Virus record (IMG/VR): IMGVR_UViG_2873258297_000006
Span: 1-64,000 of that record
Strand: one strand, 5' to 3'
Source: a virus
Lineage: Duplodnaviria; Caudoviricetes
Length of the DNA stretch: 64,000 nt
Shown here: one piece after another, positions 18,862-27,285 of the stretch
Layout of the letters: every line of letters starts with the position of its first letter
Numbering within the stretch: position 1 is the stretch's first letter
Notes under the pieces: model-generated
What the model was told of the DNA's origin: nothing
Databases searched by the model: none
Seen by the model: the letters and a program-made list of their open reading frames with translations, nothing else
Made by a program: the position numbers and the translations under genes

Positions 18862-18968
18862 GGGGTTCCTCCCTAGAACGTTCACCGCGTCTTGCGGTGC
18901 AAGTAAGACGGTACGCCTCTCACGCCAAAACAACAACCCCGCCATGCAGTGAAAGTTTTAGGAGACCC

Positions 18969-19745
18969 ATGACCAGCCCCGACACCCTCGACATCACCCT
19001 CACCCCGCCCCCCGGCGGCCAGATACTCCACCAGTCCGACCGCGCCACCATCATCTGGGGAGACTGCCGCGACCCCGACGTCATAGCCCAAGTCCCCCTG
19101 GACTACGACCTGCTGTGCACCGACCCGCCCTACGGCGTGGGCTGGCAGTCCAGCCGGGGCAAAAACTTCGCCAAGATCGAGGGCGACGACGGGGCCACCG
19201 ACTGGCCCGGCGTACTCAGGCTCTGGGCGCGCCGCCTGCGTAACTCCCGGCACGTCTACGTGTTCGGATACTCCTCGGACGAGTTGACCGAACCCCTCGG
19301 TCTCGGACCCACCGCCGAGATCATCTGGGACAAGAGGGCGATCGGCATGGGCAACCTGAGCATGCCCTGGGGGCCCGGACACGAAGTGATCACCTTCGGT
19401 GTGTCCAACGTGAACCCGAAGCACGGGGGGAAGGCCCGCCAGGGTGGGCTGACCGCCCGCATGAGGCAGGGATCCGTCATCCGCGTGCCTCGCAAGAACG
19501 CCACGGCCGTCACCCGGCATCCGACCGAAAAACCCTGGCCCCTGCTCGCACAACTGATCGAATCGTCCACCATGCGCGGCGACCTCGTCGTCGACCCATG
19601 CGCCGGATCGGGCAGCACCGGCGTTGCCGCCGTCCTCGAAGGCCGTCGCTGCTTCCTCGTCGAAGTCGACCGCCAGTACGCCGAACTCGCCGTCCAGCGA
19701 GTACAGGCGGCCGAGCGGCTCGCCCGGCAGATGGAGGCGTCGTGA
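18969..19745 (+). CDS. Second orphan DNA amino-methyltransferase (beta class)
   Basis: TDPPYG, IIWDK, HPTEKP, DPCAGSGSTG; AGGAGA RBS. Confidence 0.9.
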   Translation: MTSPDTLDITLTPPPGGQILHQSDRATIIWGDCRDPDVIAQVPLDYDLLCTDPPYGVGWQSSRGKNFAKIEGDDGATDWPGVLRLWARRLRNSRHVYVFGYSSDELTEPLGLGPTAEIIWDKRAIGMGNLSMPWGPGHEVITFGVSNVNPKHGGKARQGGLTARMRQGSVIRVPRKNATAVTRHPTEKPWPLLAQLIESSTMRGDLVVDPCAGSGSTGVAAVLEGRRCFLVEVDRQYAELAVQRVQAAERLARQMEAS

Positions 19746-19885
19746 TTGCCGTCGACTGGGGCTGGGTCGCCGCCATCACCGTCATCGTCTGGCCCTTCGC
19801 CTACAGCGCCCTCTCCGCCATCCGGCGGGGCGGGCGCGCCCTCACCCACACCATCCGCACACACCACCGACGGAGCACCCGATGA
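19742..19885 (+). CDS. Small membrane protein
   Basis: Coupled; one hydrophobic helix and a basic tail. Confidence 0.5.
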   Translation: MIAVDWGWVAAITVIVWPFAYSALSAIRRGGRALTHTIRTHHRRSTR

Positions 19886-20175
19886 CCACACCCGCCGACG
19901 AACTCCGGGCCGCAGCCGCCGCCCTGAGGGCGCGAGCAGTGAAGGTCGAACGCGGCCTCACAGCCGCGCTCTCGGAAGGCACCCGCGATCTCTTCGGCAA
20001 GGCGATCCCCGATCGGTCCGCCATGCACCCCGGCGTCGGCCTCGCCCTCGCCGCCTGGCTCGACGTGGCAGCCGAGTACGCGGACAAGTGGCCAGCCGAT
20101 CACCAGACCAACAGCCCGTTCCGGCTTGGCGCCCTCGCCGTGGCCCGCGCGATCAACGGCGGTGAGCAGCGATGA
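19882..20175 (+). CDS. Hypothetical protein (paralogue of 20420-20644)
   Basis: ELRAAA...WLD...ALAVARAINGG. Confidence 0.65.
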   Translation: MTTPADELRAAAAALRARAVKVERGLTAALSEGTRDLFGKAIPDRSAMHPGVGLALAAWLDVAAEYADKWPADHQTNSPFRLGALAVARAINGGEQR

Positions 20176-20423
20176 CAGACCAGCCCACGGCCCGCCAGCG
20201 TCTCCTCGACGCCATGCGCGCCCGCACATGCTTCTGCGGCGCCGACTCCTGCCAGAACGCCGAGCCTCTCGTCGACGCCTACGCCCACGAGTTGGCCGAG
20301 CAGCAGCGGCACAACTTCGGCATTGGTGACGCACCGGTGAAGGCGCACTGCGATCCCGCCTGCGACTTCTGCCGGGGCGTGTCCAGCGCCGCCGACTTCA
20401 TCGACCCGGAGACACAGCGATGA
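20172..20423 (+). CDS. Hypothetical protein
   Basis: Coupled; VDAYAHELAEQQR, Cys pairs. Confidence 0.6.
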   Translation: MTDQPTARQRLLDAMRARTCFCGADSCQNAEPLVDAYAHELAEQQRHNFGIGDAPVKAHCDPACDFCRGVSSAADFIDPETQR

Positions 20424-20644
20424 CCCGCGACGAGCGGGAGCTGCGAACCGCAGCCCAAACCCTTCGTGACGTCGCCCCCGACATCACCGGACGACTTGCC
20501 GGACTCGCAGACCCGGTTGCCGACTGGCTCGACAAGACAGCCGACCACTGCCGGGCCGAGTACCTGTGCTGCGACTACGGCTCATGCTCCGAGGTCACGC
20601 CCGCCCTCGCTGTCGCCCGCGCCATCAACGGAGGCCAGCCGTGA
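20420..20644 (+). CDS. Hypothetical protein (paralogue of 19882-20175)
   Basis: ELRTAA...WLD...ALAVARAINGG. Confidence 0.65.
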   Translation: MTRDERELRTAAQTLRDVAPDITGRLAGLADPVADWLDKTADHCRAEYLCCDYGSCSEVTPALAVARAINGGQP

Positions 20645-20928
20645 CCCACCTCCTCACCGCGCTCCTCGCCCTGGCCATCGGCTGGTGCTGGGGCCACGCC
20701 ACCGCCCGTATCCGGGTCGTCGTGGCCGGCGGCACCGCACAGCAGGACGAGGCCGAACTCGCCGCCGCGGGTCAGCTTCCCGCAGTCGAGGCGCAGCAGC
20801 CCGACGGTTGGCAGCAGTGTCCGGCCTCCGAGTTCGACGGCTACGGCCTTCAGTGCCAGAAAGAAGCCGGGCACAACCTGTGCACCTTCGAGGAGCGGCC
20901 CTCCGGCGAGGCGGGGGAGCAGCGGTGA
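20641..20928 (+). CDS. Small membrane-anchored protein
   Basis: N-terminal LLTALLALAIGWCWG; coupled. Confidence 0.55.
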   Translation: MTHLLTALLALAIGWCWGHATARIRVVVAGGTAQQDEAELAAAGQLPAVEAQQPDGWQQCPASEFDGYGLQCQKEAGHNLCTFEERPSGEAGEQR

Positions 20929-21293
20929 CCGACGACCAGGAGACCTTTCACCGCTACGGCACCCCGTGCGCCAACGAGCGCTACCTCGCCCACTTCGGCT
21001 TGCAGGTCGATCCGTGGGACCTCGACCAGTGCGCTGAGTGCGAGTTCTGCGGGAGTTGCGTGATCCACATCTGCTACCGCGACGACGCCAGCACCCTCCT
21101 GCACCTCGACCACTTCAAGGACTTCGCCAACTCCGGCGAGCCCGAGTGCGGGTCGATCGGCGGCCCGTCGAACCTCGTACCCTCGCAGTACCGGCCGCGC
21201 CCCTGCAACCTGCCGCCCGGGCACGGCGGGAAGTGGCATCGGGCGCGGATGGGCTGGCACTGGCCGGTCGCGCGAGTCGGGGAGCGCCGATGA
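20925..21293 (+). CDS. Cys-rich hypothetical protein
   Basis: GTGA overlap; CAECEFC, C.LP.GH.G.H. Confidence 0.55.
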   Translation: MTDDQETFHRYGTPCANERYLAHFGLQVDPWDLDQCAECEFCGSCVIHICYRDDASTLLHLDHFKDFANSGEPECGSIGGPSNLVPSQYRPRPCNLPPGHGGKWHRARMGWHWPVARVGERR

Positions 21294-21562
21294 CCGTCGA
21301 CCTCCCGATCCCCGTGGTCGTGACCCGGCATCAGTGCCCGTTCTGCCGGATCACCCGGGCGAAGCGTCCGGCGATGGTCGCGCACATCGGCCGCTGCTGG
21401 CGCAACCCGGCCGCCCGCAGCTGCAAGACCTGCCGCCACTTCGAGCCGCCGGAGGACGGCCCGTACCCGGAGCACCCCGGCTGGCCCGAGAGCTGCACAC
21501 AGGAGCGCGACCTCGCCGCCGGACTTCACACCAACTGCCCGAGCTGGCAGCCCGCCGCCTGA
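21290..21562 (+). CDS. Zinc-finger protein
   Basis: CPFC...HIGRCWRNP..RSCKTC.HF. Confidence 0.6.
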   Translation: MTVDLPIPVVVTRHQCPFCRITRAKRPAMVAHIGRCWRNPAARSCKTCRHFEPPEDGPYPEHPGWPESCTQERDLAAGLHTNCPSWQPAA

Positions 21563-21635
21563 CCGCTGGACGGCCCGCCTTCACCGACGGGGGCGGGCCG
21601 CAACCCCACACCACCACGAACCCTGGAGGAGTCTC

Positions 21636-21956
21636 ATGCTCAGCACCGACCAGTGGGCCACGATCCGCGGCCTCGTCGCCTGGCTCGACTCGGAGAACGG
21701 GCGCAGCCAGCAGGAGATCACCCTGCGCATCCTGAAGCTGACCGAGGAGGTTGGCGAGGCTGGCCAGGCCTGGATCGGCGTGACCGGCCAGAACCCGCGC
21801 AAGGGCGTCACGCATGATCGGGCGGACGTTGCCGATGAGCTGTGCGACGTGATCGTCACCGCGGCCGTCGCTCTCGCCTCGGTGATCGATGATCCGGCGG
21901 GGCACCTGAACGTGAAGCTGGCGAAGATCGCCGCCCGCTCGGGGGTGGACGCCTGA
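21636..21956 (+). CDS. mazG: MazG-like nucleotide pyrophosphohydrolase
   Basis: LKLTEEVGEAGQA...GQNPRKG...VADELCDVIVTA (EExxE...ExxD). Confidence 0.85.
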   Translation: MLSTDQWATIRGLVAWLDSENGRSQQEITLRILKLTEEVGEAGQAWIGVTGQNPRKGVTHDRADVADELCDVIVTAAVALASVIDDPAGHLNVKLAKIAARSGVDA

Positions 21957-22216
21957 TGCCCCGCATGATCAACACTCGTGAGGTGGCCCGCGTCCTCGAG
22001 GCCTACCCGCAATCCGAGTTCGCCGACGGCGACTGGATCCCCGGCTGGCGTGCCGCCCAGGACGGGCGGCGGCGCGTGAACGTCTTCCACGACGGTCACG
22101 GCGAGGAGGACGGCCTCGAGCGGTACCGGCTCGAACTCCAGGCCGCTGGCTACTGCGTGATCCCCGACCAGATGCCCGGCGGCGGACGACGCCGACTGCA
22201 CATCACCCGAGCCTGA
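21956..22216 (+). CDS. Hypothetical protein
   Basis: TGATG coupling, 86 aa. Confidence 0.6.
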   Translation: MPRMINTREVARVLEAYPQSEFADGDWIPGWRAAQDGRRRVNVFHDGHGEEDGLERYRLELQAAGYCVIPDQMPGGGRRRLHITRA

Positions 22217-22279
22217 CCCCGCCCCTGCCGCCCCTGTGCCGCGGGGGCGGCACCCCGCACCGAACGTGAGGAACCACCG

Positions 22280-22846
22280 ATGACCGATACCGCCGACCCC
22301 TGCGAGCTTGTGGATCTTGTGGACCGCGAAGGCCGCCCGACACTCCAGCGGATCCCCCGCGATACCGCCGATGACCATCCGGGCCTGTACCTGCCGATCG
22401 CCCTCGTGGTCGTCATGTCCAGCATCACCGGCGACCTGCTCGTCCATCAACGGAGTTCCGCCTCTGATGCCGCACCCGGCGCCGTCGACCACGTATGCGG
22501 CGCCATCCAGTCCGGCGAACCCGCTGACGTTGCGGCCCGGAGGGAGGCCCGCGAGGAGGCCGGCGTGGCACTGGATGTGCTGCTGCCGGTGTGCGCTGGG
22601 GTCAACGACTACGGCCGCTACCGGCACCTGTATGCCGGGGTGACCAGGGCAGCGGCAGGCGACCTGGCTGGCGAGGCGGGGGCCGAGCATCTCGGCTACG
22701 AGCCGCTCACCCAACTCGTGGGGGATGCCAAGGCGGGGCGTGTTTTCGTCAAGGGCTTCTTCGATGATCTGGCGTTGGCGGTCCGGAAGTTGGCCGCCAA
22801 TGCTGTCCGCGGTCCGGTGTCGTGGACCGGGGAGGCCCGGTCGTGA
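22280..22846 (+). CDS. NUDIX hydrolase (Idi/YfcD-like)
   Basis: LLVHQRS...PGAVD..CGAIQSGE...AARREAREEAG Nudix box. Confidence 0.8.
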   Translation: MTDTADPCELVDLVDREGRPTLQRIPRDTADDHPGLYLPIALVVVMSSITGDLLVHQRSSASDAAPGAVDHVCGAIQSGEPADVAARREAREEAGVALDVLLPVCAGVNDYGRYRHLYAGVTRAAAGDLAGEAGAEHLGYEPLTQLVGDAKAGRVFVKGFFDDLALAVRKLAANAVRGPVSWTGEARS

Positions 22847-23001
22847 CCGACGTGCACATGCGCCTGGAGCCGTGCAGCGACGGCGTCCTGTCATGGCTGG
22901 CCGCCACACCCGTCCCGTACCCCGACCTTGTCGGACAGATCAGCGACGGGGAGATCGCCGGGATCGAGACGGTGGAGATCGCGACTGAGGAGTATCTGTG
23001 A
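22843..23001 (+). CDS. Small acidic hypothetical protein
   Basis: GTGA overlaps on both sides; 52 aa; not in the supplied ORF track. Confidence 0.5.
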   Translation: MTDVHMRLEPCSDGVLSWLAATPVPYPDLVGQISDGEIAGIETVEIATEEYL

Positions 23002-23369
23002 CCGCTCTGACTTTTCGCCAGCGCCAGGTCCTCACCCTGGCCGCGTTCGGCAACACGAACGTGATGATCGCCCGGATCCTCGACGTCCACCCGACGACCG
23101 TTCAGACCCATCTCACGGCGATCTACCAGCAGTTGGGGGCCCGGGACCGGGCGAACGCAGTAGCGATCGCCATCCACCGGGGCGACATCAGCCTTGCTGA
23201 ACTCGCCCGGATCGCAGCCGCATCGAGCCCACGAGGCGCCGAGACCCAACGAGCGGGCACAGGGCGACCTCAGGGCGCCCCGGAGGCGTCCGGCGGCGCT
23301 CGGGACGTCCGAGGCGCTCCCGGGGCCGCAGGGAGGCGTACAGCGCCGCAAGGGGAGGCGGCAGCGTGA
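22998..23369 (+). CDS. LuxR-type HTH transcription factor (no receiver domain)
   Basis: LTFRQRQVLTLAAFGNTN..IA..L.V...TVQTHL..IYQQLGARDR..AV. Confidence 0.85.
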   Translation: MTALTFRQRQVLTLAAFGNTNVMIARILDVHPTTVQTHLTAIYQQLGARDRANAVAIAIHRGDISLAELARIAAASSPRGAETQRAGTGRPQGAPEASGGARDVRGAPGAAGRRTAPQGEAAA

Positions 23370-23599
23370 GCACCTACCTCCTCGACGTCCCCGAGCTGTA
23401 CCGCCACCTCGACGTGAGGCGGCGGCAACAGGGCCTCACCTGGCGGGACTTGGCCGCACTGGTCGACGTGTCCCCGTCCACGTTCTCCCGCCTCGCCGAC
23501 GGCCACCGGCCCGACGCCGACGCCCTCGTCTCCCTGCTCGTCTGGCTCGACCTCGACGACGGGCTCAACTACGTGATTAAACCCAAGGAGCAGCAGTGA
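23366..23599 (+). CDS. XRE-family HTH protein
   Basis: LDVRRRQQGLTWRDLAALVDVSPSTFSRLADG..PD. Confidence 0.85.
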   Translation: MSTYLLDVPELYRHLDVRRRQQGLTWRDLAALVDVSPSTFSRLADGHRPDADALVSLLVWLDLDDGLNYVIKPKEQQ

Positions 23600-23922
23600 A
23601 CATCACTCCACCCATCGGCCGGATCATGGACACCAGCCGCCAGCCCTGCGGCTACTCACCCGGCGACACCGACGCCAACACCTGCATGCAGCCCGCCACC
23701 TGGCACATCGCCTGGGACGCCGACCTCGAGAACGGCCTGGCCTGCGACGAACACATGATCTACGCCAAGCAGTTCGCCTACGTCGACCGGCATCCCGTCG
23801 GCGTCGATTGCGCCATGCCCGGCTCGACCTGGGACTTCGAGGAGAAACGCTGCGGCTATCCCGGCAGTAGCGCGCCCGCCGTTGCCCACGCCGCTGCTGG
23901 CCAGCCGGGGGAGCAGGGATGA
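23596..23922 (+). CDS. Cys-containing hypothetical protein
   Basis: GTGA overlap, AAGGAG RBS. Confidence 0.6.
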   Translation: MNITPPIGRIMDTSRQPCGYSPGDTDANTCMQPATWHIAWDADLENGLACDEHMIYAKQFAYVDRHPVGVDCAMPGSTWDFEEKRCGYPGSSAPAVAHAAAGQPGEQG

Positions 23923-24182
23923 CCGACTTCGACCGCGACCCCGAAGCCCTCGCCTGGGCGCGCGCCAAGATCCAGCGGCACGTGGACTGGCTCGCCAACG
24001 CCGAACGCGAGACCGCCGCGAGGGGCAACCGCGTAGGCGCCATCCGCTGGCGATTCGCGAAGAACTTCATGGCCCGCAAGCTGATCGGCGGCACCGGCTG
24101 CGTGATCGCCGACTTCGACGAACGACTCCCCGAGACCCTCGACCGGATCGACAAGGCCACGCCCACCAAGGAGACCCCGTGA
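23919..24182 (+). CDS. Hypothetical protein
   Basis: ATGA overlap. Confidence 0.6.
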   Translation: MTDFDRDPEALAWARAKIQRHVDWLANAERETAARGNRVGAIRWRFAKNFMARKLIGGTGCVIADFDERLPETLDRIDKATPTKETP

Positions 24183-25024
24183 CCGAGCCGATGGCCGCAG
24201 ACGACATCTGCGAGCACCACTACGAGACCCGCATCCTCGGCGGCCGACCGATCACCGTCCGCGCTTGCATCTTCTGCCGCACCCCCGACTGGGCTGACCT
24301 CGGCGAGCAGGCCACCGCGTTGTACCGGTGGGGCTGGGAGGAAGGGCGCGACGGGAAGGCGGCACGGGAGACGCTCAGCGCCTACGACAAGCCGCGGGAG
24401 GAGCCCGAGGCGTCTCGTGCCATCGACGACTATGAGGCGACCACCGGCCACGTCATCACGTGCACTGCCGCGTTCGCCGACATCTGCGACTACCCGCAGG
24501 ACGGCCCCCACGCGCCCCACAGCGGCCCGGAGCGGCCGGATGTGGGCGCCGAGGCGGCGGACGGCGGGAACGGGGCCCAGGCGGGCGCAGGCGGCCGCGA
24601 CCCCTACCGCCAACTCCTCGCCCGCCTCCAGGAAGAGCGCGCCCGCGCTCTCCGCAACGCGCCCCGCTGCACCATCGACGAAGCCCGCTGGGCCAACGAG
24701 GGCATCGCCGCGGGTATTCGGATCGCGGAAGCCTGGGCAGTCACCCTGCATGAGGGCCACGACGCGCGGCTCGCATACCTCGCGGCCGAGGGCGCCGGCT
24801 CCTACGCCCACCGCGCCGAGGAAGCTGAGCAGCACCGCGACCGGCTCGCCGCCACCCTCGCCGAGGTCCTCGACGAATTCCGCATCCCCGAACACCCCGG
24901 CGACTCGTGCGTCCGCACCGACGGCATCCCCTGCACACGGGTTGAACAGTGGCGCAGCGTCCTCAAGCCCGCCCACGACGACGGGCCCACCGTCACCGAG
25001 GCCGCCAACCAGACGCCCACCTGA
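24179..25024 (+). CDS. Mosaic hypothetical protein
   Basis: GTGA overlap, AAGGAG RBS; C-terminal PAHDDGPTVTEAA module. Confidence 0.6.
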   Translation: MTEPMAADDICEHHYETRILGGRPITVRACIFCRTPDWADLGEQATALYRWGWEEGRDGKAARETLSAYDKPREEPEASRAIDDYEATTGHVITCTAAFADICDYPQDGPHAPHSGPERPDVGAEAADGGNGAQAGAGGRDPYRQLLARLQEERARALRNAPRCTIDEARWANEGIAAGIRIAEAWAVTLHEGHDARLAYLAAEGAGSYAHRAEEAEQHRDRLAATLAEVLDEFRIPEHPGDSCVRTDGIPCTRVEQWRSVLKPAHDDGPTVTEAANQTPT

Positions 25025-25074
25025 ACCACCCGATCGGGGCGGCTAGCCGACGGCCGACGGGGCAGGAATGCCGC

Positions 25075-25284
25075 ATGAACGACGCCGACATCAAGGCTTT
25101 CTGCGCCGCACACAACATCAAAACCGAGATCGTCACCGACCCGTCCGGGGCCAGCCAGCTGGCTGTCAACGAGGACGGAATGCGGCAACTCGCTGACCTC
25201 GCACCAGACCCCGTGCGAGCCCACGCACTGGTTGATCAGCTGCTTACCGACGCTGCGGCCGACGAGGAGCCCCCGCGGTCTTGA
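25075..25284 (+). CDS. Small hypothetical protein
   Basis: MNDADIKAFCAAHNIKTE; 69 aa. Confidence 0.55.
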   Translation: MNDADIKAFCAAHNIKTEIVTDPSGASQLAVNEDGMRQLADLAPDPVRAHALVDQLLTDAAADEEPPRS

Positions 25285-25325
25285 CAACGCCCCCAGCAGC
25301 TGTCTGGCTGGGGGCGTTGCGCCGC

Positions 25326-25646
25326 CTAGAACCGACCCGTGCAGGCCAGGCAGATCTGTGCGCGCTGCCAGTCCGCCAGCGCCGCCTGATACCGCTCCAC
25401 CCCAGCGTGCATCACCGCCCCGTACACCAGCCCGCCCACCGCGACCAGCAGGCCGAGCAGGATGCCGCCCGACGTCATGAACGCAATCCCGGCCGCCACC
25501 GCCAGCAGGGCGACCCAATACCGGGCATCGACCTCATCCGGCGGCGCATACCGCAGCCGCAACGGCGACTCCGCGGGCAGCGACTTCCAGTAGTGGGCGA
25601 GGTTCTCCACGTTCGTCGACCCGCACTTCGAACTCGGACACTGCAT
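25326..25646 (-). CDS. Membrane protein with split zinc ribbon
   Basis: CPSSKC at the N-terminus, two TMs, CLAC at the C-terminus. Confidence 0.7.
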   Translation of the reverse strand: MQCPSSKCGSTNVENLAHYWKSLPAESPLRLRYAPPDEVDARYWVALLAVAAGIAFMTSGGILLGLLVAVGGLVYGAVMHAGVERYQAALADWQRAQICLACTGRF

Positions 25647-25951
25647 CCCAACCCCCGATATCCGCCTGGCACTGACCGCAGATTGCGCAGCCGGGCGGCG
25701 GGAGGCAAGGAGTACCGGCGAGTCTGTGAGCGGGGCCACAGGCGGGCAGCAGCAAGGGCCCCAGCAGTCACGATGGAGCGCCCGTTGCAGTCACGGTCGG
25801 TAGTCGCTGGCCAGCTTGCACGCCTTCGTTTGATCGACCTGCGCAGCCTCGCGCGCGAGCAGCGGCGAGCAAGCCAGGAGGCTCGCCCTCTTCGAGGGAT
25901 GTAGATCTTCTAGCCAGCCATCTTTCAGTGACCGTCTTTAGAAAGAGGTGG

Positions 25952-26008
25952 CAATTTCAGGACTCCTGTTCTTCCGGCATCCTGAAATTCAGGCCCCCTG
26001 AAAATCAG
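25952..26008. repeat. Iteron-like CCTGAA(A/T)(A/T)T repeats at the 3-prime end of the wHTH gene
   Basis: CCTGAAATT at 25981, CCTGAAAAT at 25997, inverted copies at ~25953 and ~25985; AT-richer than surroundings. Confidence 0.5.
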
Positions 26009-26354
26009 ACCCCGGGGCAAGCTGCTTGAGCAGCGACAACAACCCCTCCGGCGTGTCACTCACGGCAGTCGTCGTCCGCCATCGTCCGTCCTTCCGCTCC
26101 TTCGTCTGCGCCACCAGTCCAGCGGCCCGGAGCTCCTTCAGCCCCTCGCGGATGGCGTGCTCACCCTCGCCCTTGCCGCCGGCCGCCTTATGGAGGTAGG
26201 CGAGGCGCTCGATGGTCATGCCGCCGCCGTCCGGGTGGGAGAGCAGCGTCAGGAGCATGCCCTTGGCCTTGAGGCTCAGCGTGTAGTTCTGGGCAACGTC
26301 CCTGTTGCTGACGGGAGTCCAGCCGGACTTCGGGCGCGAGCGGTGCGTCCTCAA
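25989..26354 (-). CDS. Short winged-helix protein resembling the N-terminus of a replication initiator (possibly truncated)
   Basis: WTPVSN...Q..TLSLKAKGMLLTLLSHPDG..MTIERL...GEHAIREGLKEL..AGLV...R...GRW.T; TTG start. Confidence 0.6.
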   Translation of the reverse strand: MRTHRSRPKSGWTPVSNRDVAQNYTLSLKAKGMLLTLLSHPDGGGMTIERLAYLHKAAGGKGEGEHAIREGLKELRAAGLVAQTKERKDGRWRTTTAVSDTPEGLLSLLKQLAPGSDFQGA

Positions 26355-26401
26355 CGGGCCACCCCCGTCTGGCAGGGGACGGCACGGATCGGTATTGTCA
26401 T
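26351..26401 (-). CDS. 16 aa leader peptide coupled to the wHTH gene
   Basis: AGGAAG upstream of ATG; MTIPIRAVPCQTGVAR; TGA overlaps the TTG start (TTGA). Confidence 0.4.
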   Translation of the reverse strand: MTIPIRAVPCQTGVAR

Positions 26402-26477
26402 AGGTGTTGCTCGACTTCCTGGACGTGGTCGGACAGCTGGTTTGGAGGAAGCGGGGGTGGTGCCCCGCTCAAAGCGA

Positions 26478-26519
26478 AAGCGGCCGGACGGAATGAGCCC
26501 CGTCCGGCCGCTTCTTTTT
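26478..26519 (+). terminator. Strong intrinsic terminator with U-tract on the + strand
   Basis: AAGCGGCCGGACGG / CCGTCCGGCCGCTT 14 bp stem followed by CTTTTT. Confidence 0.75.
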
Positions 26520-26830
26520 GCTGCAATTCTACGTGGCGCCTGCGCCTCAAGTGGCCTAATCCGCGCCGGGATTGACCATCAATTACTGAGCGGGCTGCCC
26601 GCTACCTGGGCACATCTCGCGCTGCCCGACCTGCTGATGCGGTGCCGTAGGCTCACCCGGCTTCGCACTCCCATACGCCCCGCACACGGGACAACACGCC
26701 CCGCATTGGCCAGGATCGAAACGCTGACCGTTCGCGTGATCACACAATGCAGTACTCCCTTACTCGACGGGATGGTGCTGTTGCGTGGTGCATTCCGCCG
26801 CGTACCAGCCATGCGAGCCGCGGGGAATTC

Positions 26831-27220
26831 TCAGACCAGGCGAACGAAAGCCCGCTCACCGTTGTGAAAGAACACGGTCAGCCCGGGATCGTTCTTGCCC
26901 TCGCGAACCGACCACACCTCGATGCTCTCCGTGTCCACCGGCTCAGCCGCACCGATCACCCCAGCCAGCCACGCATCCGGCGCGCCACCAACAGGCGCCT
27001 CAACGAACGCAGGCGGGCCGCCCTGCACAGCTGCGGTCGGCGAGTCGTGCTTGGCGCCCTCGGCGAGCTGCCCGATCACCTGCCAGTGCAACTCGCGGCC
27101 GCCCACCGACACGGCCAGAGCGAACGGATACGGGCCGTCTTCCAGCACCTCCACACGCTGCACGCCAGGGGTGTTCTTGAGGACGTCGACCAGGAAATCT
27201 CGATATTCCAAAGGACGCAT
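26831..27220 (-). CDS. Streptomyces-type hypothetical protein
   Basis: GAAAGGA RBS; MRPLEYRDFLVDVLKN...WQVIGQLAEGAKH. Confidence 0.75.
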   Translation of the reverse strand: MRPLEYRDFLVDVLKNTPGVQRVEVLEDGPYPFALAVSVGGRELHWQVIGQLAEGAKHDSPTAAVQGGPPAFVEAPVGGAPDAWLAGVIGAAEPVDTESIEVWSVREGKNDPGLTVFFHNGERAFVRLV

Positions 27221-27243
27221 ATGTGATCAATTCCTTTCGTGGC

Positions 27244-27277
27244 GGGGCTCGGCCAGCCTAGTAGCCGGCCGAGCCCC
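27244..27277. terminator. Hairpin downstream of the DUF6907-like gene
   Basis: GGGGCTCGGCC / GGCCGAGCCCC 11 bp stem. Confidence 0.6.
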
Positions 27278-27285
27278 AAACAGGG

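Noticed and set aside
17959-18876. 305 aa + strand ORF in the track
   Set aside because: A chimera of out-of-frame sequence, a short hydrophobic ORF and the antisense of two real minus-strand genes.
27203-27215. ATTCCAAAGG as a fourth late motif
   Set aside because: It lies inside the start of a minus-strand coding region and is probably coincidental.
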